Part shown: in pieces, positions 19,227-27,830 of the stretch | How positions within the stretch are numbered: the first letter of the stretch is position 1 | Layout: each line of letters starts with the position of its first letter | From: Candidatus Binatia bacterium | Lineage (GTDB): Bacteria > Desulfobacterota > Binatia > DP-6 | Direction: 5' to 3' | Assembly (NCBI GenBank): GCA_036009625.1 | Contig: DASYLJ010000167.1 | Coordinates: 1,323 to 65,322 of the forward strand | DNA: 64,000 nucleotides | Program-made: the position numbers and the translations under genes | The notes under the pieces: model-generated | Databases searched by the model: none | What the model was told of the DNA's origin: nothing | The model's input: the letters and a program-made list of their open reading frames with translations, nothing else

Positions 19227-20268
19227 CGCCGCGACCGTTGCCGAAGCCGGGGATCTCGTCACCGAGGTGCTCGACGAGTACGGCGCCATGACGCGCGTCG
19301 CGCTGACGGAGTATCTCGCGCCGCGCGAGCCGCAGCGTCACCTGTACGCCATCGTGGCCGACTATCCGCGTCGCGGCGGTCGCATGCTGCGCCCGAGCCT
19401 GTGTCTCGCCGCGGCGCGGGCATTCGGCGCGTCCGCCGCCGACGCCGTCCGCTCCGCCGTCGCGCTCGAGCTGCTCCACAACGCCTTCCTGGTGCACGAC
19501 GACGTCGAGGACGAGAGCGACGTCCGTCGCGGCCGTCCGACGCTGCATGCGCTGCACGGCGTGGACGTCGCCGTGAACGCGGGCGACGCGCTCCTGCTGC
19601 TCGGCCTGCGCGCGCTGCTCGACAACGGGCGCACGCTCGGCCCCGTGCTCTCGATGCAGGTGCTCGAAGAGGCCGAGCGCATGGCGCGCGAGTCGGTGGA
19701 GGGGCAGGCGATGGAGCTCGGCTGGCGGCGCGACAACGCCGTCCATCTGGCCGAAGCCGACTACCTCCAGATGATTCTCAAGAAGACGTGCTGGTACACG
19801 ACGATCTTTCCGCTCCGCGTCGGCGCGCTCATCGGCTCGCGCGGACGCGCCCCGCTCGAGCCGCTCCTGCGCTTCGGCTTCCTGCTCGGCGCCGCGTTCC
19901 AGATCACCGACGATCTCCTGAACTTATGGGGCGACGAGGTGCGCTACGGGAAGGAGCTGCAGGGTGACCTGCTCGAGGGCAAGCGCACGCTCATGCTGAT
20001 TCGGCTGTGCGAGCAGGCGACGGCGGCGGAGCGTGCGCGCCTGCGCGCGGTGCTGGCCACACCGCGTCCCGCGCGTACGGCCGACGATGTGCGTTGGATG
20101 CGCGAGCGGATGGACGCCTACGACTGCCTGACGCACGCGAACACCGTGGCGCACGCGCTGGCGGGGGCGGCGCGCCACGAGTTCGCGGCGGTGTTCGGCA
20201 GCCTGCCCGACTCGCGGGACAAACGGTTCATCGCGGCGCTCGTCACCTGGGTGCTCGAGCGCCGCTGA
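19219..20268 (+). CDS. polyprenyl diphosphate synthase (trans-IPPS, GGPPS-like)
   Basis: First Asp-rich motif is LVHDDVEDESDVRRGRPT. The second motif, FQITDDLLNLWGDE, is followed by YGKELQGDLLEGKRT. Confidence 0.9.
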   Translation: MPDAATVAEAGDLVTEVLDEYGAMTRVALTEYLAPREPQRHLYAIVADYPRRGGRMLRPSLCLAAARAFGASAADAVRSAVALELLHNAFLVHDDVEDESDVRRGRPTLHALHGVDVAVNAGDALLLLGLRALLDNGRTLGPVLSMQVLEEAERMARESVEGQAMELGWRRDNAVHLAEADYLQMILKKTCWYTTIFPLRVGALIGSRGRAPLEPLLRFGFLLGAAFQITDDLLNLWGDEVRYGKELQGDLLEGKRTLMLIRLCEQATAAERARLRAVLATPRPARTADDVRWMRERMDAYDCLTHANTVAHALAGAARHEFAAVFGSLPDSRDKRFIAALVTWVLERR

Positions 20269-20274
20269 CGCGGA

Positions 20275-20814
20275 TCAGACCTCGGGTTCGGTGAGGACGA
20301 CCTGCACGCTCGCCACCGGCGTGTCGGGGAGCGCGTAGATGAGGCCCTGGTAGAGGCCGGCGACCGCCGTCGGCTCGGCGGGCGGCGTGGGCGGTGCCGG
20401 CACTTCCACCACCAGCGACAGCGTGCGGCGGTCGGCCGACAGCACCGGCTCGTCGGTGATCAGGACCTCGGTGCCACCGACGCGCTGGAGGGGAGTGACG
20501 GCGAGGACGGCCCCGATGCCGGGGGGCGCGATGGTGACGGCGCCGTCCTTGTCACCCGACGCCGCGAGCGCCGAGACGATCAGCATCGACGGTACCGTGC
20601 CGCCGCCGACGACGGGCACCATGCCCATCCAGAAGTCGACGGTGTCGAGCCAGAGACCGAGGCCGTTCGCGAGGAGCTTCTCGGTGGCCGTCGCCTCGTC
20701 GTTCTCTTCTGTGTCGCGTACCGTCTGGCGGAGCGTCAGGAGTCGCTGGTCGGTCGAGAGGAAGAACGCCGCGACGCTGCTCGCGTACTCCGTGAATGCG
20801 GTCAACCCAGTCAT
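20275..20814 (-). CDS. hypothetical protein P2 (distant paralog of P1)
   Basis: 179 aa with GGAGGTG Shine-Dalgarno before the ATG at 20814. Motifs are GLGLWLDTVD and VAGLYQGLIYALPDTPVASVQVVLT, in the same order as in P1. Confidence 0.6.
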   Translation of the reverse strand: MTGLTAFTEYASSVAAFFLSTDQRLLTLRQTVRDTEENDEATATEKLLANGLGLWLDTVDFWMGMVPVVGGGTVPSMLIVSALAASGDKDGAVTIAPPGIGAVLAVTPLQRVGGTEVLITDEPVLSADRRTLSLVVEVPAPPTPPAEPTAVAGLYQGLIYALPDTPVASVQVVLTEPEV

Positions 20815-20866
20815 GTCACCTCCAGATGGACGGTGTTATAGCGCCAGACATGGCTTTGTCTAGTCT

Positions 20867-21985
20867 CTAGGTGTCAATCGTTACGGGACAACAAGCCAGC
20901 TCTCCCATCTGGGCGGCGAGCTCGTCGAACAGCACCTCGAACATTGCCCGCACGGAGGCGTTCACGAGCGCGCTCTCGAAGCGGATCACCTTCGACGCCT
21001 CGATGCGGGTGCCGTCGCCGTGACGGGTGGCGACCGCCGACCCGGCGTCGACGACGATCTTCTGTCGCACGCCGAGCACCGAGCCGCAGACGGGACGGCG
21101 CAGCGAGTAGCTCACGGCGAAGGTGTCGACGGCCGCCTGCGTCGGGGCCGACCACCAGGTGGTGCGGATGTCGAGCAGGTTCGTGAACCACGACTCGAAC
21201 CCGGGGACGCCGGTCACGAAGTACTCGAACAGGACCTTCGGTGCCGGCCAGCCGTACACCGAGCCCGCCGTCTCGGCCGTGCCGATGGTGGCCGCGCAGT
21301 GCGCGGTGGGGTAGTCACCGCTGCCGGGAGCAGCGAGGTAGGTGCCGCCGAACGGGAAGAACGCGCTGCAGGTGTCCCAGCTCTGCGGGTCGATCGAGGC
21401 CCGCACGTCCTCGAGCGGCCGGTCGACGTCGACCTGGACCCACGCCGATGCGCTCTCGCCGACGGCGGGGACCGACACCTGCAGCCGGGTCCAGCAGTCG
21501 CTGGGCTCACCCATCAGCAGCGAGAGCTCGTCGCTCAGGGACCGTTCGAGTGCGACGGGAGCCGCGTCGAGCGTGGACATCGCCGTGCCGCGGGCCTTCA
21601 CGCCGGGCTTCGGACGCGCGGCGACGTGCTCGACGATGGCGCTGACGCGTTCGGCGACGTCTGCCGGCGCTGGAGGCTTGCCGCCGCTGCGCATTGCGCC
21701 CTCGACGATGACGCCGATCGCGTCGGTGATGCGCTGCACCGGGGCCGGCGCGAGCCCGGGCCGGCCGAGCCCGTACGCGGCAAGCTTGGCGACTGCCCGC
21801 CGGCGGCGGGACGCGGGGACGTCGTGTTTCTCGTCGGCGCCGGGCCGGTCGTCGGCCAGCATGCGGGCGGCCGCTTCGAGCGGCAGGGGGGTGAAGCCGC
21901 GCGGAAAGCGGCCGTGGGGATAGCGCGCGTGCGCGTGCACGCTGAGCATGGCGGTGAGCCGTCGGAGCGATCGCTCGTCTCTCAT
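20867..21985 (-). CDS. hypothetical protein translationally coupled to the STAND kinase
   Basis: The ATG at 21985 overlaps the kinase stop (ATGA). The C-terminal ~220 aa (CWTRLQVSVPAVGESASAWVQVDV...FEYFVTGVPGFESWFTNLL...RIEASKVIRFES) look like a mixed alpha/beta START/SRPBCC-like fold, which is a guess. The start is uncertain: 21994 or internal Met codons are possible. Confidence 0.55.
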   Translation of the reverse strand: MRDERSLRRLTAMLSVHAHARYPHGRFPRGFTPLPLEAAARMLADDRPGADEKHDVPASRRRRAVAKLAAYGLGRPGLAPAPVQRITDAIGVIVEGAMRSGGKPPAPADVAERVSAIVEHVAARPKPGVKARGTAMSTLDAAPVALERSLSDELSLLMGEPSDCWTRLQVSVPAVGESASAWVQVDVDRPLEDVRASIDPQSWDTCSAFFPFGGTYLAAPGSGDYPTAHCAATIGTAETAGSVYGWPAPKVLFEYFVTGVPGFESWFTNLLDIRTTWWSAPTQAAVDTFAVSYSLRRPVCGSVLGVRQKIVVDAGSAVATRHGDGTRIEASKVIRFESALVNASVRAMFEVLFDELAAQMGELACCPVTIDT

Positions 21986-24900
21986 GTGCTCCATTCCGCG
22001 AGGCGGGCATGCGCCTCGGCCTCGTCTCGCGTGTCGCCGCCCGGCACGAGCCGCGCGCAGGCGTCGCTCACCAGTCGCCGTGCCTCCAGCTGCTCGCCCT
22101 GCGCGGCGAGGAGCCGGCCCATGCCGAGGGCCGCACGCAGCGCGAACGCGTGCGCGCCCTGGCGTGCGGCGAGCTGCAACGCCGACTCGAGCTCGTGTCG
22201 CGCTCCGGCGACGTCGCCGCGACGGCAGAGGAGCTCGCCGCGCAGGCGTCGCAGTTCCGCTTCGTAGAAGCGGTCGACGTAGATCGCGGTCATGGCGAGC
22301 CCGGTGTCGACGGCGGCGAGCCCCGCCTCGTCGCCGTCGTCGCACGCGAGCCAGGCCTCGGCCTGCAGGGCGAGATGGTAGGGGTGCGTCGTGCGCAAGC
22401 CGACCATGTCGAACAGCCCGAGCCCGACCGCCAGCTCGGTGAGGCCCTCCTCGCGCGCGCCGCTCGCCACCAGCGCCCAGCCGTGGGTGCAGGTGGCCGG
22501 ACCGAGCCATAGGTAGAGCTTCTGCTCGTTGGCGTGCGCCATCGCGCGCGCCGAGACGTCGAGGGCACCGGCGACGTCGCCGATGCCGTGGGCGAGATTG
22601 GCGCTGAAGCCGTACGCGATCGCGAGCCCGTAGGGATTCCGCGAGCGCTGGGCGAGGGCGAGCATGGTGTCGCGGACACCGCGCGCGGCGAGCGCGTCGC
22701 CCTGGATGCACAGCGTCCACATCAGGTAGGCGTAGGCGTAGAGGCCGCCGTCGTAGCCGTACTCCGCAAGGAAGGCGCGATAGGCGTCGCTGTCGTACCA
22801 GGGCACCGCCTGTTCGAGTGCGTGACGCGCCGCCGGGAAGTCGCCGGACAGGAAGGCCGCGAGGCCGGTGTGCGCATGGGCGGTGAGCAGGTTGACGGGG
22901 TCCGGCGCGTGCTCGGCGAGGCGATGGAAGCGCGGCAGGATCTCGTCCACCGCGGCGCGGTTGCCGCGCGAGATGTGGACGCCCCAGATGCCGTGCAGCG
23001 CGCGCACCGGCACCTCGGCGCCGAGGCGATCGCAGACCGCCTGCGCGCGGGCGAACGTGGCCTCGACCTCGGGCGCCGCGTAGCCCTGCGTCGACAGCTG
23101 TGCCGTGCCGAGCGACTCGATCAGCCCGAGCTCGAGCGCGCCCAGCGTGGCGCGTGCGGGGGCCTGCTCGACGAGGCGGACGCCACGCTGCAGGTGACGG
23201 ATCGACTCGACGTAGGCGCCGCGCGCCATAGTGCGGTCGCCGACGCGCTTCCACTGCTCGGCTGCCTGCACCGTGCGTCCCGCGAGCTCGCAGTGGTGGG
23301 CGAGCATCTCGGGGCGGTCGAGGACGATGTCTGGAAAGAGCTCTTCCAGCACCCGTGCCACGCCGTCGTGCGCGCGCCGACGATCGGTGAGCGGCATCAT
23401 CTCGTAGGCGGCGTCCCGCACCAGCGCGTGCTTGAAGACGAAGCCGTCGGGACGTTGGCGGGTGCGCTGGTGGACCAGTCCGGCATCGGTCAGCTCGCGC
23501 AGATCTTCGCGCAGGACACCGTCTTCAGTGGCGGCGATCGCGCGCAGCAGCTCGAGGCGGAACTCGCGCCCGAGCGTGGCGGCCAGCTGCGCGGTCTCGC
23601 GTGCGCCACGCGACAGCGCGTCGAGCCGCGCCGTGAAGAGATCGCGCAAGGTGCCCGGGACGGTGACGGTCTCGGCGCCGTCGGCGGATGCCTCGGCCTC
23701 GAGCAGGACGCGCGCGATCTCCTCGACGAACAGCGGTATGCCGTCGGCGCGGGCGACGACGGCGTCGAGGATGCCGGATGGCAGACCGCGGGCGTCGCCG
23801 ACGGCACCGCCGACCAGCCGGATCACATCCGCGGCCTCGAGGCGCGCGAGCGGAATGGCGATGGTCGGGGACAGGGCGCCGAGGCCCTCCGGCGTCGGGC
23901 GCGCCGTGCCGACGAGGTAGAGCCGTGGCAGGGCATCGACGCTGCTCGATCCTGGCGGCGGCAGTGCCGCGAGGAGCTGGGAGAGGAGCTCGAGCGTCGT
24001 CGGGTCGGCCCAGTGGAGATCCTCGACGACGAGGACGAGGACGCGCTCGGTGGCGATGCGCAGAAGGAGGGTCGTGATCGCCTGCAGGGTGAGATCGCGT
24101 CGGCGATCGGGCGAGACGGCCAGCGCAGGGTAGCGTGGGTCGGGCGGCCGGCCGAACAGCTCTGCCAGCAACGGTTCCGTCTCGGCCGGGTCCAGACCGT
24201 GACGGAGGAGCAGGGCGTCGAGCGCGCCGTCGGCGACGGTCGCGAGCACGTCGGCGATCGGACGGAGCGGGCTGTCCTGGCTCTCCGGGATGCACCGCGC
24301 TTCCATCCACGACGCAGCGGGCACGCGCCGGCGCAGCTCGCGCACGAGCCGGGATTTGCCGATGCCCGGCTCGCCGGTGACGAGCGCGAATCCGGATCGT
24401 CCGCGTTGCGCCGCCGCCCATCCGTCGAGCAGGGTGTCGAGCTGCGGCGTGCGGCCGACGAGTGGCGTCTCGCGCGCGACGCGGATCGTGTCGCCGCCGG
24501 CCCGCGCATCCGGCGGTGTCAGGCGGAAGACGTCGTCGTGGGCGGTGGGCTCGCAACCGACGGCGCCGCGCAGCAGCCGCTGCGTGTCGAGGCTGACCAG
24601 GACGTCGCCCGCAGTGGCGAGCTCGTCCAGGTGGGCCGCCATGCGCGCGCACGCGCCGAGCGGCTCGCAGGCGCCGTCGCCACGACCGACCTCACGGACC
24701 AGGCCGAGCCCGGTGTGCACGCCGAGGCGCACCTCGAGTCGCGGCGTGGTCTGCGCGACGGCGCCCACCATCTCGAGTGCGGCACGCGCGGCGAGGCGGG
24801 CTTCGTTCTCCCGCGTCTGCGGATAGCCGAAGACGAAGAGCGCGCGATCGGCGAGCGTGCTGGTGCGGTGGCCTCCATAGCGCGTCGCGATCGCCGTCAG

Positions 24901-25890
24901 CGCCGTGATCTGCTCGTGCAGGAGCAGGTCGGCCTCCTCGGGATCGATGCCCGGCCCTTCCGACGCGGTGGCGCGCAGGCAGCATGACACCATCGTGAGC
25001 TGACGGCGCTGCGCCGTGGCCGGCCGGTCGGTGGCGGGGACACGGTCGCCGCCGGCGAGCGGCGTGATGGCGACGAGCTCATCGAGCACCTCGGCCGCGT
25101 TCGCGGCGCGGCGCTCGACGGCCTTCGTGGTGACGCGGCGGAGCAGGGCGCCGAGCGGCTGCCCGTGCAGCCACTCGGGCAGCCCGACCGCGTCGGGGCC
25201 GAGCTGGCGCAGCACCGCATCGTGCCGAGAGCCGGCGCGGACCGCGCGCTCTCCCGTCAGGCATTCGAGCAGGACCAGTCCCCAGGCGTACAGGTCGGAG
25301 CGCGGTGTCGCCGCCTCGCCGCGGAGCTGCTCGGGCGCGGCGTAGCCGGCGGTTCCCACCACCTCGCCGCGCTCGCCGTCGACGACGGTGGTGGCGAGCC
25401 CGAAGTCGAGCACCAGCGCATTGCGGCGCAGCCCGGTGGTGGTGACCATGATGTTCTCGGGCTTCAGATCGCGGTGCACCACGTCCTGCGCGTGGGCATA
25501 GCCCAGCGCATCGAGCACCTGCCCGAGGAGGTGCAGCGCCTCGGGGACGGGGAGCGGACCCTCGCGATCGAGGAGCGTCCGCAGCGACTCCCCGGGGATC
25601 AGCGCGAAGGCGGCCCAGGTCGCGCCGTCGGCCGTGCCGGCATCGAGCAGCGGGACGATGTTCGGATGTACGAGCGCCGCGCAGCGACGGATCTCGTGCT
25701 GCAGCTGCTGGTCGCCGTCGACGGGCGTCGAACCGTCGGATCGTCGCACCCGCTTGAGCGCCACCTCACGGTCGGTCGCGATCTGTCGCGCGCGGACGAC
25801 GTCGCCGAAGCCACCGACGCCGAGCTGGCCTAGGAGCTCGTAGCCCACCGGAACGCCGCTCTCGGAACGGAGATCTTGCTCACGGCGCAT
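21982..25890 (-). CDS. Ser/Thr protein kinase fused to a cyclase-homology-like domain, STAND/AAA ATPase and TPR array
   Basis: Kinase motifs are LGVGGFGDVVRA, VALK and HRDLKPENIMV. The class III cyclase-like segment is LTMVSCCL...LADRALFVFGYP...RLGVHTG. P-loop is GEPGIGKS (near 24352-24375). The C-terminus is long and TPR-like. An alternative start lies at 25926. Confidence 0.9.
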   Translation of the reverse strand: MRREQDLRSESGVPVGYELLGQLGVGGFGDVVRARQIATDREVALKRVRRSDGSTPVDGDQQLQHEIRRCAALVHPNIVPLLDAGTADGATWAAFALIPGESLRTLLDREGPLPVPEALHLLGQVLDALGYAHAQDVVHRDLKPENIMVTTTGLRRNALVLDFGLATTVVDGERGEVVGTAGYAAPEQLRGEAATPRSDLYAWGLVLLECLTGERAVRAGSRHDAVLRQLGPDAVGLPEWLHGQPLGALLRRVTTKAVERRAANAAEVLDELVAITPLAGGDRVPATDRPATAQRRQLTMVSCCLRATASEGPGIDPEEADLLLHEQITALTAIATRYGGHRTSTLADRALFVFGYPQTRENEARLAARAALEMVGAVAQTTPRLEVRLGVHTGLGLVREVGRGDGACEPLGACARMAAHLDELATAGDVLVSLDTQRLLRGAVGCEPTAHDDVFRLTPPDARAGGDTIRVARETPLVGRTPQLDTLLDGWAAAQRGRSGFALVTGEPGIGKSRLVRELRRRVPAASWMEARCIPESQDSPLRPIADVLATVADGALDALLLRHGLDPAETEPLLAELFGRPPDPRYPALAVSPDRRRDLTLQAITTLLLRIATERVLVLVVEDLHWADPTTLELLSQLLAALPPPGSSSVDALPRLYLVGTARPTPEGLGALSPTIAIPLARLEAADVIRLVGGAVGDARGLPSGILDAVVARADGIPLFVEEIARVLLEAEASADGAETVTVPGTLRDLFTARLDALSRGARETAQLAATLGREFRLELLRAIAATEDGVLREDLRELTDAGLVHQRTRQRPDGFVFKHALVRDAAYEMMPLTDRRRAHDGVARVLEELFPDIVLDRPEMLAHHCELAGRTVQAAEQWKRVGDRTMARGAYVESIRHLQRGVRLVEQAPARATLGALELGLIESLGTAQLSTQGYAAPEVEATFARAQAVCDRLGAEVPVRALHGIWGVHISRGNRAAVDEILPRFHRLAEHAPDPVNLLTAHAHTGLAAFLSGDFPAARHALEQAVPWYDSDAYRAFLAEYGYDGGLYAYAYLMWTLCIQGDALAARGVRDTMLALAQRSRNPYGLAIAYGFSANLAHGIGDVAGALDVSARAMAHANEQKLYLWLGPATCTHGWALVASGAREEGLTELAVGLGLFDMVGLRTTHPYHLALQAEAWLACDDGDEAGLAAVDTGLAMTAIYVDRFYEAELRRLRGELLCRRGDVAGARHELESALQLAARQGAHAFALRAALGMGRLLAAQGEQLEARRLVSDACARLVPGGDTRDEAEAHARLAEWST

Positions 25891-26077
25891 CTTGCTCACT
25901 GCGATTGTCCGAGCGCCGATTACCATGGGTACCCTACCACTATGCAACTTCTCATCCACGATATCGTGCCGGTGAACCTCGGCGGCGCGCGCGTACTGTC
26001 CTGTCGAGCAGACGAACTGTCCTCTCGAGAAGGCACGCTGGCGGCGTCGGCAGCGGCATCGTGAGGCTCGGCGGGAT

Positions 26078-26093
26078 GGGCCCATGCCTTGCT
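26078..26093 (+). promoter_or_regulatory. weak sigma-54-type promoter candidate upstream of the EBP pair
   Basis: gGGcccatgccTTGCt has GG and TTGC with the canonical spacing (GG at -10/-9 relative to the TTGC). The -24 box is GGGCCC rather than TGGCAC. It lies 240 nt upstream of the ATG at 26331. Confidence 0.25.
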
Positions 26094-26166
26094 TGTATCC
26101 GCGGTCATGATGCGAAGCCGTTCCGGAGTAGCCGCGCGACGCTTGCGGTTGCGACGGGCCCAGGGG

Positions 26167-26200
26167 GCCCCCCCCGCGACCGACCGGCGCGGGGTGGGGC
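26167..26200 (+). promoter_or_regulatory. strong GC hairpin in the leader/intergenic region
   Basis: GCCCCCCCCGCG accgaccgg CGCGGGGTGGGGC, an 11-12 bp G:C stem with one bulged T. It lies between the promoter candidate and the R1 start. Confidence 0.3.
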
Positions 26201-26330
26201 TACTGGTCGGCCAGTGCTCGGTCTGTCGCGTGCGGTTCGCGTCACGGCTCGAGCATCGTATCGACGTCGCCTACCTCCTCGTCGTCCACCAGCAGCTGTG
26301 TCCGGGCGGACGACGTGGCGGTGAGGTCGT

Positions 26331-27830
26331 ATGGCCGCTCAGCGGCTGAGGGCGGAGGCGCTGGGGGGTGTCGGGATGGCGTCGATGGCGTCGTCGGAGG
26401 TTTTCATCGCGGACGAGCTGGCGCAGGCGAGACGAGAGCGCGACCTCTACGTGAGGCTGCTGCGGCTCGGCGACGAACGCGGTGTCGAGCTCCTGCTGCG
26501 CGAGGCGTTGTCGCTCATCGTCGACGCCACCGGGGCGCGGCAGGTGTACATCGAGCTGCGTGCCGCCGGGGACGAGCCGTCGTGCCGTTCGGTCGCGTGC
26601 GGGCTGTCCGAGCCCGAGGTGGCTCGCGTCCGCACCGCACTGGCGCAGGGTGCCCTCGCCCGGGGACTGGCGACCGGGCGCACCGTGATCACACCGGCGG
26701 AGGTCGGCGATGCGCGCTCCAGCGTGCGGCCGCTCCGCCTCGGTGCCGCGCTCTGCACGCCCATCGGCATCGATCATCCGCTGGGCGCCCTCTACCTCAA
26801 GGGACCGCAGCATCGTGCCCACTTCACCGATGCCGACCGCGAGGCGGCCGAGCTGCTGGCACGACACCTCGCCCCACTCGCCGATCGCCTGCTCGCGGTC
26901 GAGCGACATCAGGCCGCCGTGGGCGCACCCCCGTTGCCACCGGCGTACGGTCTCGTCGGCGGGAGCGACGCCTTCACCACTCTGCTTCGTCAGATTGCGC
27001 TGGTGGCGCCGCTCGACGTGCCGGTGTGCATCGTGGGCGACGCGGGCGCCGGCACCACCCGCGTCGCGCGCGCGCTCCACGACGCCGGGCGACGGGCGAC
27101 GGGACCCTACGTCGTGGTCGACTGCTGCGGCCTCGCGGCCGAGCGTGGACGACTCTCGCGTGCGGTGGCCATCGCGGCGGGAGGCACGCTGCTGCTCGAC
27201 GACGTCGGCGCGCTCGATCTGGACGGGCAGGCCGACGTCCTCGCCGTCCTCTCGCATCGCCCCTACCGGCCGGTCGGGTCCGACGACGACGTCGCCGACG
27301 TGGGGGTGCTGGTGACGGCCGGCACCGAGCTGCAGGCCGCGGTCGACGCTGGTCGGTTTCGAGACGATCTCCAGCGGATCCTCGGGATCATGCCGTTGCG
27401 CGTGCCGTCTCTGGCGGAGCGCCGCACCGACATCACGATGCTCGCGGCCCACTTCCTGCGACAGACGTGCGGCGAGCGTGGCCTCCCGTATCTGACGCTG
27501 TCGCCGGGAGCGTTCCGTGCGGTCGAAGCCGCGGAATGGCGGGGCAACGTGCGCGAGCTGGCCGACGTCGTGGCGCAGGCGGCACGACGGGCGGCGGATG
27601 CCGGTGTGCGTCAGATCGAGTGCGCGCATCTCTTCCCCCCTGCCGCGGAGGTCACGGTGATGGAGACGACGTTGCAGGAGGCAACCCGACGGTTCCAGGC
27701 CGCGCTCCTCGTCGAGGTGCTCGAGCACACGTCGTGGGACGTCGCGCGGACGGCCGACCGGCTCGATCTGCGGTATGCTCAGGTAGATTCGCTGATTCGT
27801 ACCTTCGGGCTCGACAGGGGGAGTCGATGA
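26331..27830 (+). CDS. GAF-AAA+-HTH regulator R1, sigma-54-EBP-like with degenerate ATPase motifs
   Basis: GAF-like N-terminus is RERDLYVRLLRLG...ALCTPIGIDHPLGALYLKG. Walker A is GDAGAGTT (no Lys). About 20 residues are missing where GAFTGA should be. Walker B is LLLDDVG. WRGNVRELADVV and a C-terminal Fis-type HTH are retained. Confidence 0.8.
   Translation: MAAQRLRAEALGGVGMASMASSEVFIADELAQARRERDLYVRLLRLGDERGVELLLREALSLIVDATGARQVYIELRAAGDEPSCRSVACGLSEPEVARVRTALAQGALARGLATGRTVITPAEVGDARSSVRPLRLGAALCTPIGIDHPLGALYLKGPQHRAHFTDADREAAELLARHLAPLADRLLAVERHQAAVGAPPLPPAYGLVGGSDAFTTLLRQIALVAPLDVPVCIVGDAGAGTTRVARALHDAGRRATGPYVVVDCCGLAAERGRLSRAVAIAAGGTLLLDDVGALDLDGQADVLAVLSHRPYRPVGSDDDVADVGVLVTAGTELQAAVDAGRFRDDLQRILGIMPLRVPSLAERRTDITMLAAHFLRQTCGERGLPYLTLSPGAFRAVEAAEWRGNVRELADVVAQAARRAADAGVRQIECAHLFPPAAEVTVMETTLQEATRRFQAALLVEVLEHTSWDVARTADRLDLRYAQVDSLIRTFGLDRGSR

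Noticed and set aside
20867-23254. 795-aa minus ORF overlapping the 3' end of the kinase gene
   Set aside because: Upstream of 21985 it is an out-of-frame shadow of the TPR region (R/A/P-rich). Only the part from the ATGA junction downward is called.
25927-26085. 5' extension of the kinase ORF to 26085
   Set aside because: The extra 50-65 residues precede the normal kinase N-terminus and lie in the AT-richer intergenic region. Starts at 25890/25926 fit better.
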